DNA of 63,541 bases, counting the filler, from Octopus bimaculoides (taxonomy: Eukaryota): the NCBI RefSeq assembly GCF_001194135.2. It is 6 parts of 6 records of this genome, joined end to end, with 100 filler letters (N's around TTAATTAATTAA, not from the genome) between each part and the next. Parts side by side here need not be neighbours in the genome. Positions count along the whole stretch, not along the records: positions 23,041 to 44,730 come from NC_068981.1; 5 more parts are not named here. The stretch is one strand, 5' to 3'. Both the position numbers and the translations under genes were made by a program. The notes under the pieces were generated by a model. That model worked only from the letters and a program-made list of their open reading frames with translations. It ran no database searches and was not told where the DNA came from. The number at the start of each line of letters is the position of its first letter. Position 1 is the first letter of the stretch. This document shows, in pieces, positions 25,596 through 38,248 of the stretch.

Positions 25596-26250
25596 ATGAT
25601 ATAAGGAGCCATTTCTGCCAATGTTTTGATAATACCCCAAGATATGAACATAAACTTTAAAAAGTGGATAATCTGAAGAAGTTGTCTATTCATATGATTA
25701 CTCAAAACTACTCTATATTCCAGCAGAATGGTGCACTCTGCCATAATGAAAAATGCATGAAAGACTAGCTTGGAGCTATTGGATAAATGCTCTCAATTAT
25801 CTCCTTTCTTGAGAACTAGAGAAAATGTATGGGAAGATACTGCAGTTTTAGACACAAGAAACAACACATGATTACTTCAAAAATTTGGTCAAAGATATGC
25901 CAGACCACATTGCTGTTGTTTTGCAGGTAAAAGAGTATCATGCTAAGTATTGAGCAGTATAATATTGATATTTGCACTTTTGCAAACTGTTCTCAGGTTA
26001 TCTACTTCTTGGTTCTTTCATCTGAGTCATTAATTACAAACTAAAATCCAATTTTCTCAGTGTGTTAAAATTTTGGCCAGGAAATGTTTTATCACATTGT
26101 CTAGAGTATAAAATAGAGGAAGAAATGACTGACAATAAGAGAATTAAAAATTGGTATAAGAGGTTAGATTTATGCTGTTTAAGTAGGCTGAGACATAGTT
26201 TTAATATACTGGTAAATGATAATGGTAAAATCAAGAAATTTTTATAGAAC
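25596..26250 (+). pseudogene. Decayed dynein heavy-chain-like segment with stops and frameshifts
   Basis: Colinear motifs across frames: GAI/FCQCFDN, LAWS, ELEKMYGKILQF*, ITN*NP/LSVLK, IKNWYKRL; putative 70-nt GT-AG intron at 25927-25996. Confidence 0.42.
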
Positions 26251-27559
26251 TCACTGTAATATTGTGATAAAACAATTCCTGCTTGAAATACAAATATTAT
26301 CCATTCAAAACACACAAAACCATTAACTCCACTTAAGCAGTCATTATTTGGTGTCAAAATTTTTGTGTCACTAACTGTGACCTGGACCCTACCATAGTTC
26401 CATTTTCACTGTGGTTTACCATATCAGCTTAATGTCTGAAGCATTCAATCAGTTATCAACTAAGTCTTTCAGTCAGTTTACAATTTCCCTGCTTAGTAAC
26501 TGGTATTGAAGAGAGCACAAATGTGTCCCAAACATATCTGAACCAGCTTGGCAGCTGAAGCTTCCAGTCAGTAGATAATTTTACTGATTTCTTATAAGAA
26601 AGATAAGTTTTCCAGTTAGTTTAGAATTGCTCCACTTGGTACCTGGTACTGAAAAGAGAACAAGAAAAAGCTTGAAATACATCTACCAGCCCATAAGGAT
26701 GTAAGGGACGACCGTGCGAACTCAAAAAGGAGAAATGGTGATGAATGGAAAAACAGAGGACTCCTTTTATTTAAACGTGTCACACGGTCAAACACAAAAT
26801 ATATATATCAGATATGATGATATACAAGATATGTTATACAACGATAACATAGATGACCAGTAATGAAAGACCACAACCGTATTAGATGAATAACAGAGAT
26901 ATTTATTGTAGCGTTAAAGATGTATGTCTGTGTGAGAGTGTGAATGCGACATATAAGAACAATAATCAAAGACAGGCCGTCATACAAAGAAAAGTGTGTA
27001 TGTGAGTGATACATGTGTGTGTATGTGAAATATTACAGCAAATAGAAANNNNNNNNNNNNNNNNNNNNNNNNNNNNNNNNNNNNNNNNNNNNNNNNNNNN
27101 NNNNNNNNNNNNNNNNNNNNNNNNNNNNNNNNNNNNNNNNNNNNNNNNNNNNNNNNNNNNNNNNNNNNNNNNNNNNNNNNNNNNNNNNNNNNNNNNNNNN
27201 NNNNNNNNNNNNNNNNNNNNNNNNNNNNNNNNNNNNNNNNNNNNNNNNNNNNNNNNNNNNNNNNNNNNNNNNNNNNNNNNNNNNNNNNNNNNNNNNNNNN
27301 NNNNNNNNNNNNNNNNNNNNNNNNNNNNNNNNNNNNNNNNNNNNNNNNNNNNNNNNNNNNNNNNNNNNNNNNNNNNNNNNNNNNNNNNNNNNNNNNNNNN
27401 NNNNNNNNNNNNNNNNNNNNNNNNNNNNNNNNNNNNNNNNNNNNNNNNNNNNNNNNNNNNNNNNNNNNNNNNNNNNNNNNNNNNNNNNNNNNNNNNNNNN
27501 NNNNNNNNNNNNNNNNNNNNNNNNNNNNNNNNNNNNNNNNNNNNNNNNNNNNNNTAAAG

Positions 27560-27910
27560 CTATTTATAACAAACTATTGGCTCCCGATGGCTTCAGAATT
27601 TTACTCTATCACGTGACCTTATTAAGGGCTGTGATTGGTCAGTTTGCGTTCTGGCGGGAACGGTTCGAAGAAGTTGCCGATTCGAATATTAATCAGTCAC
27701 GTGATGATAAGGAATGGGTTCTCTACTACGCTCGCATTTATTTATATTTAAACGAGAAGATTGTATGTAATGGCGATAGTAGTTTGTATCTAATGGCGGG
27801 AGGTAGTTTTGTATGTAATGGCGATCGAGGTGTTAGAGACGATAGGTAGTTTCACTACAAGGATAACTCAGAACTCACTTTGTGTGTTTACACTTTTTGC
27901 ATAAAGTGAG
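27560..27910. promoter_or_regulatory. Promoter-like CpG-enriched island with a possible + strand first exon ending at donor AA|gtgagt (27906)
   Basis: Two TCACGTGA E-boxes, two ATTGG boxes, TGGCGGGAA, three AATGGCG, CpG density above the flanks, no TE similarity seen. Confidence 0.55.
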
Positions 27911-28149
27911 TATTTTCACCATGGCAAGCAATTGAGACTTAATGACCTGCTGTCACCATATTTCTCCATGTCACCTACCCCCTTTCCCACACCATCATAA
28001 TGCTAGACTTACATTAGACTTTTCTTTCCCCATTTTCTCTTTTTTCCTTCTCTCCCCTAACCCTTCTTTCTATAACTACGTGGCCTTAAATATTTCAGGA
28101 TATGAGCAAATGGTGGTTCAGATGAGTGATAATTCTTGATTTGTGTATG

Positions 28150-28355
28150 GCAGTGAGCTGGCAGAATTGTTAGCATACCGGACAAAATGCTTAGTGGCAT
28201 TTTATCCATCTTTACATTCTGTATTCAAATTCAGCCAGGGTTGACTTTGACTTTCATCCTCTCAGGATTGTAAGTACCAGTTGAGTACTGGGGTCAATGC
28301 AATCTACTTGCCCCCTCCCCCAAAATTACTGGCCTTGTGCCAAAATTTGAAGGTA
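28150..28355 (+). mobile_element. SINE family B
   Basis: gagctggcagaattgttagc...attcaaattc...tttcatcct...ggccttgtgccaaaatttga. Confidence 0.85.
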
Positions 28356-28469
28356 ATATTTCATTTGTGTAACTGATATACCTTCAGGCAAATGTCCTTG
28401 CAAACCTTCTCCTTTTTAGGATCTGAATATTGTCCCATGGATTCCTGCTCACTCTTTCCACCCCATTTG

Positions 28470-30385
28470 CATTGTTAGAGCAGGCACAGTCAATGTAGGC
28501 ACATGGAAAAACAGGTCATGTGAGACTGTTTAAAGGAGGCAGGTAGATATGTGCTGCATGCATGAAGTAAGTTAGGAGAACATCAGCTAGACTCCTCATA
28601 GGCAAAGAACATAGGTATAGAATATTCTGGGAAGGCAATAGTGTGAGCATACTTTTAGTTGAGAAATGGATGGATAGTGATCATCATAAGATACTTATGC
28701 TTAGACTAATCATACAATATACAACAGCAACTGTTATCTCTATCCATGTTCCTCAACTGGTCGTGCTAGACAAACAATGACTACATCAATGACAAATGAC
28801 ACTGATTATTGTGGTTGGTAACTTTAGTGAGTATGTTAGACAGTATCCTGGTATCTTCCATGATGTACATGGAGGAAATGGAGTTGGTCCCCAAAATGAA
28901 GAGGGAACAAGGCTACTGGAATTCTGTGTTGCAAATGACCTATTGATCTGCAACACTAACTTCAGGAAACCAACCAGTCACCTGATCACCTATCAGTCTG
29001 ATGGGAACACAACTCAGATTGACTTCATTCTCACTAGAAAATGTAAAAGATGGTAGCTTATAAATGCAAAAACCTTCCCAGTTAAACAGTGTACTCCTCA
29101 ACAAAGACTTTGGATGAGAACTCCTGAGAAGCAAACTAATCTGGAAAAAGATTGAATAGTCAGAGATTTAGAGAATCCTAAGTGAAACAGTTCATGAGCA
29201 GTGGGAGACATATAACACAGAAGGTGTCTAGAAGTTCCTACAGAACAACCTATTGAGGGTTACAGACAAAATCTGCAGTTGGTGTAAAGTTTCGGACAGA
29301 GAGAATGACATGGTGGTAGAACAGTGAAGTAGATGGAGTCATAAAAGCAAAAAACAGGCATGGGAGGACTGGTAGAATGAGGGTAGCAGAGGACTCTTCA
29401 AGATAGCTAGAAAAGAAGCTAGGTGACAGGCATATTTAGCTAGAGATGAGGCAGGAAGGAAGAAGTTTACTAATATTTTGTGGTATGAAGACCAGAGGTA
29501 TGAGGTGTTCCACATTGCAACACAACACATCAGAGAAAGTCATGATGTTATAGGAAAGAAGTGTGTATGGATGGAGTATGGTACACTTGCAGTTAATGGT
29601 TCTTGAAAGAAAGGTATGGAAGTGCCACTATGAAAGTCACTAAGTGTGAAGAATGCATAGGAGAAGGAGATTCTTCCTAATGTGGACCCAACAGAGGGAC
29701 TAGTTATCCAAATTGACAGTTATATGATAGTCTAAGCAATTAAGGAAATGGAGAAAAGGAAAGCCTCTGGTATATCAAGTATGCCTAAAATATCTCGTGG
29801 AGTGGGATATAGTGTAGTCACCCATATTTTTAAGTAAGTTGTACAGAAAGATTGTCATATCCAATGACTGAAGTAGTAGCCTCATAGTCAGTTGCTACAA
29901 AGGTAAAGCATACATCTTAGACAGAAGTAATTACAGAGGTATCAGATTGTAAGACCAGGTCTTAAAATTAACAGAAAGTGTTAGCTCAACTAATTAAGGA
30001 GTGAGTTAGCCTAGATGAGATGCTGTTTGGTTTTGTGCCACGAAGAAGCACTACAGATGCTCCCTTCCTAGTAAGGAAATGCAGGAGAAACATTAAGCTT
30101 AAAATAAACTACTGTACTTGGCTTTTGTTGACTTGAAGAAAGTCTTAGACAGGGTCACTTACTCTCTCATTTAGTGGTTGCATCAGAAGCTAAGGGTAGA
30201 TGAATGGCTGGTAAGACCCATCCAAGCAGTGTCCAGGGGTATTGTCAGTAAGATGAATATAGTTTTCAGATAGGAGTTGACCAGAGCTCAGTTCTCAGCT
30301 CCCACTTGGTTATCATAGTCCTCCAAGCCATAAAAGAGAAGTTTTAAGATTAGTTGTCCATGGGAGCTCCTTTATACTGATGAAT
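28470..30385 (+). mobile_element. Old RTE LINE (APE through RT), heavily decayed
   Basis: GKEHRYRIFW..ILLVEKW, NEEGTRLLEFCVANDLLICNTNFRK, QIDFILTR, AFVDLKK, ending near LLYTD. Confidence 0.88.
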
Positions 30386-32519
30386 CTCAAATTTTTTTCA
30401 TGACAAAGCTAGGTGAATGGTTTCCTTATGGATTTGAATATGTCTCAAGCATATTTGAACTGATAACAAGTTTGTATTTATACACATCTCTGCTTAACAT
30501 TGTCATCCTGTATCTGTAGATAGTTGCACAGATAATCCAGTTATGTAACTGCAACGAACTGCTGCTGACCCATGTTAGTACCCGTGTGTGTGAATATGTG
30601 GCTGTAAGAGTTAGCTGTGTATATCAGCTGTATGAGTATGTATACATATATATATTAGATGCAAGTGTGTGTGGGGATGTATGTGCGAATGGATGATTGG
30701 TGAACATGAGCATGTACATTCTTGTATTTATATGTATATGTGTGCATATTTGTCTGAAAGAACATGTATGCACGCATGCTTTTAACTGATGTGTGCCTGT
30801 GTATACATATATATTCATGCTTTTGGTCTTTATGTTGTGTGAGCTTGGCTGGTGCATCTTAGTGTGATTGCAATAGTGTTACTGATGGCATGAGGGGGTA
30901 TGGCATTGAATTGAGGCTTGATAGTCTTAAGGGAAGAAAGAAAGAGAAGAAAAGCATATATACATAGATGTGTGTGTGTGCATGTACCCCACATCTCCCA
31001 GATGTTACAGGGGATGCATAAGTTTGGAATGTAAGTCTGGTCTGTGCAGGCATCAGCGGTTGGGAGCCCTGTCCTTGATTATGGAGTAGCCAGTGTTGAA
31101 GTATAATCAATGTTAAGGTGGTATATCTGGGTTGCCTGCTGCCGGTAGTTTGAAGTTCACTAGGGTGTGTACTTTTGATGACGGCAATAAGATAGTTCAT
31201 ATTTCCTGTTGATAGATACTGCAGGTTGATGGAGAATATGCACTCTTTTGTGGAGATAGAACTAGCAATTGTGGGTGTCAAGTGAGTAGGGTGGAGTTTT
31301 GTTGACAATAGTTTATTCGATGTTGCGGGGTTCACTCTGGAGGTCACAAAATCTCCAGAGGAAATGAGACAAAGAGGTGGAATTCTCTCTATCCCTGCAT
31401 TGAAGTGAATCTATATGCTGTGTGTACCTTCACTTGAAGTCATTGGATGTCATGCCTTGTGGTGCTTTTGGATGGTGCTGTTCAGCTAATTTGTATGTTT
31501 GTCTCATTAGTCACTTTTTCTGCATTTAAGGTAGTAACTTAGCCAAATTCTACTTGAATAAGTATAATGTTATTTGTAAACTATAATAAAATAAGTTTTA
31601 ATATTCAAATTTTAATTTCAACTGCAATATTTTAAGTAAAAAGTTTCCTATTCTTTACTTTACTAGAAGTAAAAGCTTATCCTATACTTTTACAGGTGTA
31701 GTAACTTGTCCTGTACTTTTCCAGAATATGACTTTTCATGCTCACATTTTTCCATGTAATCCATGATTTTTCCAGGCATTGCTGTTATAAGATAATTGAT
31801 AATTTAAGATTTTACCTTATAAAATACTGAAAGATAATATTTCAATTTTTCCATGTAAGTGATGATAATATTTCAATTTTTTACGTGTTTCATTTAGATA
31901 TAAGTTGTTATTGAATTATTTGATATTACCCATCCATACCTAATTAATGGCAGGGATTTTTACCATGTTGTTGGTTGCACCATGGCTCACCAAAAGTTAC
32001 AAACAACAAGACCCCCAAACCATCAGTTACCAGGATCACCTAAAGTAACCTAATTTTGCAATATTAGGTCACAGGAATAAATTCAACCAAAAATATTTCC
32101 AATGATTCCAGTNNNNNNNNNNNNNNNNNNNNNNNNNNNNNNNNNNNNNNNNNNNNNNNNNNNNGGGGGGGGGGGTACATCACCTCCTAATTTTTTCCGA
32201 AACAAAATGAGGGATTTGCAGCATATTAGGAGGTCCTTCTTAGTGAAAATCATGCAGGTGTTAATATAGAAATTGAGCATAATGTTATTTAGCTTCAAAT
32301 AAACCCTGATACTGCAAATGTATTATGAAAGACATTCCAGCCTTCAGCAAACCATCTTTTTAGGGATAATCTAGGACGTTACATACAATGGGCATGTGAT
32401 TTAGGTGGGGGATACTTTGGCTGCTATTTTTAGCATGTTGAGTGACCAGGTAGAGGCTCTTTTATTGGTTCGATTGCGTGATGAGAGATTTTTACACACA
32501 TATATGCAATATGTATATA

Positions 32520-32763
32520 TATCATCGGCAGAAGTTAGAGAGTAAGTCAAAAGGTGAGAGTTTCGTGTGTTGGCACTTATGAAACATGAATTTGTCCATT
32601 GTCACTCTGTAACTTCTGATGAAATAACTTCTAAAATACAAAATTTTGTCAAAAACATTAAAAGTAAATCCTGTTCTATGTGACACATTCTACCAGTATT
32701 GGAAAGTGTTTAGTTAAAAAAAAAAATTGATCAAATAAACTGTATGTCTAATTGAATAGATCC
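32520..32763 (+). mobile_element. Right arm of an element related to the Merlin-like MITE at 40219
   Basis: gacacattctaccagt..aaagtgtttagtt shared with 40965-41003; ends ...gaatagatcc. A second partial arm lies at about 32835-33005. Confidence 0.55.
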
Positions 32764-32850
32764 GAAATGGATGAAAGGCAAAGTCGATCTCGGCAGAATT
32801 TGAACTCAGAATGTAAAGACAGACAAAATACCGCTTCTAAAATACAAAAT

Positions 32851-32930
32851 TTTGTCAAAAACGTTAAGAACATTAAGAATTTTGTCAAAAACGTTAAGAA
32901 CGTTAAAAATTTTGTCAAAAACGTTAAGAA
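32851..32930. repeat. 30-bp tandem repeat, about 2.7 copies
   Basis: tttgtcaaaaacgttaagaac(a/g)ttaa(g/a)aat repeated at 32851, 32881 and 32911. Confidence 0.9.
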
Positions 32931-34019
32931 TAAGCCCTATTCTACCAGTATCGGAAGTTTCAAAGTGTTTAGTTAAAAAAAATTAATTAAATAATCTGTA
33001 TGTCAAGGTTTACCTTTGCAAAATTTGAACTCAAAAACATAAAGACAAACGAAATGCCGTTAAGCATTTCACCTGGCGTGTTAACTTTTCTACCAGCTTA
33101 GAAAGTAAACATTCATTTTAGCAATATATTCTTTATTCTTATTGTTTGAGCATTACTCCCTTACTTCTTACATGAAATTTCGTAACATTTTACCTCATAA
33201 CTCTTTTTCTACTAATTTTTGTTCAATGCAACTAGCAATTCTGAATTCCTCTTGCATTTTTCTTTCATTTAAGCCTAAGGAAGGTATACTTTTAATTTAA
33301 AATTTAAAAGTTCATGTTAATTCAAGATGAATATCTGCCTTACTGTCCCCCTTGAGGTCGCAGTATTTTGGTGTCCTCTTTATAACTATTAACAGTTTGC
33401 AATTTAATTGAGAACTGAATTAGTGGTGAAGCTTGGAAGCTGCTGCAATTGACGAAATGGTGGACTTAAGAATATATTCAGCCACTGCTGTGGTTGAATG
33501 ATATATTTCGTTTTGGGATTTGGTTTGCAAGATTGTTTATATGAGTTCGTGTGTTGAAGCACCTCATTATTTAACACACTCGCTGGTAAAGTTTCCACTC
33601 ATTTACTTATTTTTCCTAAAATTTTCGATGCATCTTGCAACCTTTTCAATTTTTGTTGACTCTGTCCATTATCCACGCTGTGTTCTTTTTGTTTGTTTGT
33701 GTGCAAGTATGGGAGCATACACATTTATGTATGTATGTATGTATGTATGTATGCATGCATGTGTGTGTATGCGTGCATGTGTGTGTGTGCGTGTGCATAT
33801 GTGTGTATGTTTGTATGTATTCTACATATTCATGTGTTTGTGAGTTCATGTTTGTGTGTTTTTATGCATGTGGGTGTGCATGTCTGAGTGTGTCTGGATG
33901 CGTGTGTGTATGCGTTTTTGTAACTGTACTGTGTCTGTATCTATGTATGTGTGTCTCCATATGTGGATGTGTGTCTCCATATGTTTCCTTGTGTGAAGTG
34001 AAGTGTGTGTGTAAGAATG

Positions 34020-34760
34020 ATTGCACATGCAATAGGGGCCAGTGTAAGAACCACCTTGAAAAACCACATAGTAAAGTTTAACAAGAAACTATACATGCAG
34101 ATTCAAGGTGCAGCTATTGGTGTCGGTGTTGCTGGAGATGTGGCTGGCCTATTCATGACCTGATGGAACAGAACACTTAAGCAATCCTTAACAGAACAGT
34201 CCACAACACTTTTACTTTATAGTACGTATGTAGATGACATTAATATCCTAGTTAAGACCAACTCTAGTGATGGTAATGTAGAAACCGTGAGGGAAATAAT
34301 GGAGAGCATCCAGCATGTAGCTAACTCCATCCACCAAAGTATCAAGGTAACTATAGATTACTCCACGAGGCACCCCAACAATAGACTCCCCGTCCTTGAT
34401 ATCAAACTTGGTTAGAGACTGTGAACAACAGAGTACAGCTCCTCCACTCCTGTTACATGAAACCCGTGGCTTTGAAATATGTTGTTCACAACAACCCTGC
34501 TTTGTCAACATGAAAATTAACATACTGATAGCAGACTTAGGATAATGAACAATGTATCCCCACTATGCAAACCCTATGAAACAAAGAAACAAGTACAGAA
34601 CTTCATGCACCACATGTAGTTCTCTGGATATGATCAGAAAGATAGGGTTCAAGTATACAGGGGTGTTAGAAAGAAATTAGATAACATAGGTAATGAAACC
34701 AGTGGTACCTGCCTTAGATATAGAAGCAAAGACTGGAATAGAATACAAAGAGCTTGTGAC
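34020..34760 (+). mobile_element. Penelope-like element RT fragment
   Basis: LYMQIQGAAIGVGVAGDVAGLFM, TYVDDINI, SIKVTIDY..RLPVLDI, FSGYDQKDR; stops and frameshifts. Confidence 0.85.
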
Positions 34761-35165
34761 ATATATATTAAATTTTGTTAACGTATGTAGTATTTAATTC
34801 CATTTGTTTATCTATGTATTGTATTATATTTTGTTCATATTGTTATTGGTTTATGGGGAACGTATTGTCATATGTTGTGGTTTGTGGTTTGTTAGGGGTG
34901 TGTGTTAGTGTTCCATTCTAGTTTCCTATTCAGGCTAGGTTTATCTTCTATTATATGTGTAGCTTCTGTAATTTGTCTAAGTGCTGCGTCTCTGCTATGT
35001 GTGGATAAGATTTTAATTTCTATGTTGTTGAGTGAGCCTCCATGTTCTTGCTCAGCGTGCTGGTACAGAACTGATGAGCTCTTCTCTTCCTTAAGTTCCC
35101 TCCAATGTTCATTTGCCCGCTCCCCTATGCTCCTTGCTGTTTCACCTACATATGACTATGACATA
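34761..35165 (-). mobile_element. Penelope-like GIY-YIG endonuclease fragment and 3' end
   Basis: SYVGETARSIGERANEHW...LYQHAEQEHGG...RQITEATHIIEDKPSLNRKLEW. Confidence 0.9.
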
Positions 35166-35166
35166 T

Positions 35167-37520
35167 GTAGAAGACAACTGGACATTTCTACGGGACAACC
35201 TGCTGAGGGCCACTGACCAGATCTGTGGATGGTGCAAAGTCCCCTCTCGATCCAATGTGGTGGTGGAACAATGTTGTTGACAGGGCTATTAGATAAAAGA
35301 AACAGGCTTGGAAGGACTGGGAAAACGGTGGTAGCAGGGAATCGTATCAGACTGCCAGAAGGGAAGCTAAGCGACAGGTTTATTTAGCCAGAGGGGAAGC
35401 AGATAAGAAGAAATTTGCCAATGTTCTACGCCATGAGGACCAAAGTCTTGAAGTATTTCGTGTTGCAAGACAGCGTGTGAGAGAGAATCGTGATGTCATG
35501 GGAGGGAAATGTGTTCACATGGATGATAGTATGGTTGCACTAAACGAGACTGCAAAGAAAGAGGTTTGGAGACGCCACTACAAAAGGTTGCTCAATAAAG
35601 AGAATGAATGGGAGGAAGAGAGTCTGCCAAATGTCAACCCAACAGAGGGACCAGTGATTCGAGTTGACAGTATCATGGTAGATAAAGCAATTAAGAGTAT
35701 GAAGACAGGGAAAGCCCCCGGCCCATCAGGAATCACTGCAGAGATGCTCAAAATATCTGGCAGTGTCAGCTNNNNNNNNNNCCGGCCCATCAGGAATCAC
35801 TGCAGAGATGCTCAAAATATCTGGCAGTGTCAGCTATAGCCTAGTCACCCGTATTGTTAACCAGGTGATACAAGAAGGAGTCATACCCAATGAGTGGTGC
35901 AGCAGCACCATAGTCAACTGCTACAAACGTAAAGGTGATGCTTTAGATACAAATAGTTATAGAGGTGTAAAGTTGTTGGATCAAGTAATGAGGGTCACTG
36001 AGAGGGTTATAGCCCAACTAATTAGGGAGAGAGTCAGTTTAGATGAGATGCAGTTTGGGTTCGTTCCAGGGAAAAGCACCACTGATGCTATATTTCTGGT
36101 AAGACATTTGCAGGAGAAATACCTAGCCAAAGATAAACCTCTGTACCTGGCTTTCGTTGACATGGAGAAAGCCTTTGATAGGGTCCCCCGATCCCTTATC
36201 TGGTGGTCAATGAGGAAACTTGGGATAGAAAATGGTTAGTGAGAGCTGTGTGAGCCATGTACAGAGACGCTGTCAGTAAGGTGAGGGTTGGCAACGAGTA
36301 CAGTGAAGAATTCCAGGTAGAGGTAGGGGTCCACGAGGGTTCTGTCCTCAGCCCCCTCCTATTTATCATAGTCCTCCAGGCAATAACAGAGGAATTCAAG
36401 ACAGGATGCCCCTGGAAGCTCCTCTATGCTGATGATCTTGCGCTAATTGCTGTGTCACTATCAGAACTAGAGGAGAAGTTTCAGGTGTGGAAGCAAGGAC
36501 TAGAATCGAAGGGTCTTAGAGTCAATCTAGCAAAAACCAAAGTCCTAATAAGTAGGAAAGTAGACAAAACACACACCCCGTCAGGTAGATGACCCTGCTT
36601 GATCTGTAGAAAAGGTGTAGGTAGAAACTCTATAAGATGTACCCAGTGTAAGCTATGGACACATAAGAGGTGCAGCAATATCAAAGGAAGGCTAACTAGT
36701 AAGTTAGTTTTTGTATGAGGCAGATGTTCAGGAGCAATAAACACTGAAAATGTGCAGAAAACAACTTCTGCCACATTCCAGGGAGAAAAACTAGAAGTAG
36801 TTGATAGCTTCCGTTACCTAGGTGACCAAGTCAGTAGCAAGGGAGGCTGTACTGAAAGTGTAACTGCTAGAATAAGAATAGCCTGGGCAAAGTTTAGAGA
36901 GCTCTTACCTCTGCTGGTATGGTTATGTGGCGAGAATGGATGAGAATAGCTGTGTGAAAAAGTGCCACACCCTAGCAGTTGAGGGAACCTGTGGAAGAGG
37001 TAGACCCTATAAGACCTGGGATGAGGTTGTGAAGCACTACCTTTGAACATTAGGCCTCACCACGTCAATGACTAGTGACCAAGACCTTTGGAAATATACT
37101 GTGCATGAGAAGACTCGGAAAAACAAGTGGTACTATAACCTGTGGCCTTTACCAGGTGTGTAGCCAGCCCACTTATGCCTACCTTTTTTCCTCTGGACAC
37201 AAAACTCTGCTTGCGAAGACCTGTTGAGGCAAGTAAAATCGAAATCAAACCTAATTCGACGACTGTCACCCATGCCTACCTTCATTCATTGGACACTAAA
37301 CTCTGCTTGTGAAACATGTTGTGGCAAGTGAAATCGAAATTGAACCAAATTCGATGACAGCACCCGTGCCAGTGGAGTGCTAGCAGCACCATCCAAGCGG
37401 GATCACTGCCAGTGCAGCTGTCTGTCTTCCGTGCCAGTGGCACATAAAAAGCACCATTTGAGTGTGATCGTTACCAGCGACATGTGACCAAAACATTTCG
37501 CCTTACTGGCACTTGTGCCA
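35167..37520 (+). mobile_element. 5'-truncated RTE LINE (RT, C-terminus, modular 3' UTR), disrupted
   Basis: KAPGPSGITAEMLK, AFVDMEKAFDRV, GVHEGSVLSPLLF, LLYADD, FRYLGD; UTR carries a ~105-bp internal duplication. Confidence 0.95.
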
Positions 37521-38156
37521 GTGACATGTGACCAAAACATTTCTTTTTATTTCATTATTAATTTGTAATTAGCTTTTATTTATTCACATATTAAATAAGC
37601 AAATATTGGTATCTTAAGTATTTCAAACTTAGCATATGTAAAACAATACTGATACATTATTCTGATTAATGAAAACTATGAGTAACCATTTACTGTATCT
37701 GTACACAATATAGCAACTTTATTTTATATACTTTTGACCTAGGTGCCTTATGTTAAAACTTCCCCCGCTCCATTATAAACTGGTCTGCTAGCAGAGGACC
37801 CTACCACCTATAGTAGTTTTGCTACTAAACCCAAAGAAATTTTATAACAATATCATCCATGTTTACTGTCTATACTGTTTACCCCTTTCCCTTTCCCTAC
37901 AAAGAAAACGCTAGTGCCCTCTTAGGCTTTGAATCACTAGGTCTGATAAGATGATCCATAAATCAGAAACAAAAAAACAAATAAAATCAGTGGCAGTTAA
38001 AAATCTGCTTAGAATTATTTACTAGCCTGTATGGTCTGGCTAAGTCCAAATTGTTTTTTGTATTCTTCCTTTCTATTTGGAGAGTTTAAATGTAGTTACA
38101 AAAATATGTCCTTCTGTTGAAATGTAATTTCATTAAATTTCTATATCTTTGTGCAG

Positions 38157-38248
38157 CTGAGGATTGCTCTGCATGTTACATTTGATGTAATGTTCACATT
38201 GCTTAATGAAATGGAGTCTCATGAAACGATCATACTGCATTATCCTTG
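38157..38248 (+). CDS. Candidate exon running into a gap, product unknown
   Basis: Acceptor tttctatatctttgtgcag; frame 0 is open to the gap (LRIALHVTFDVMFTLLNEMESHETIILHYP). No donor is visible. Confidence 0.2.

Noticed and set aside
35071-35090. CTGATGAG hammerhead core
   Set aside because: No stem II or GAAA follows; it lies in the antisense of the GIY-YIG coding sequence.
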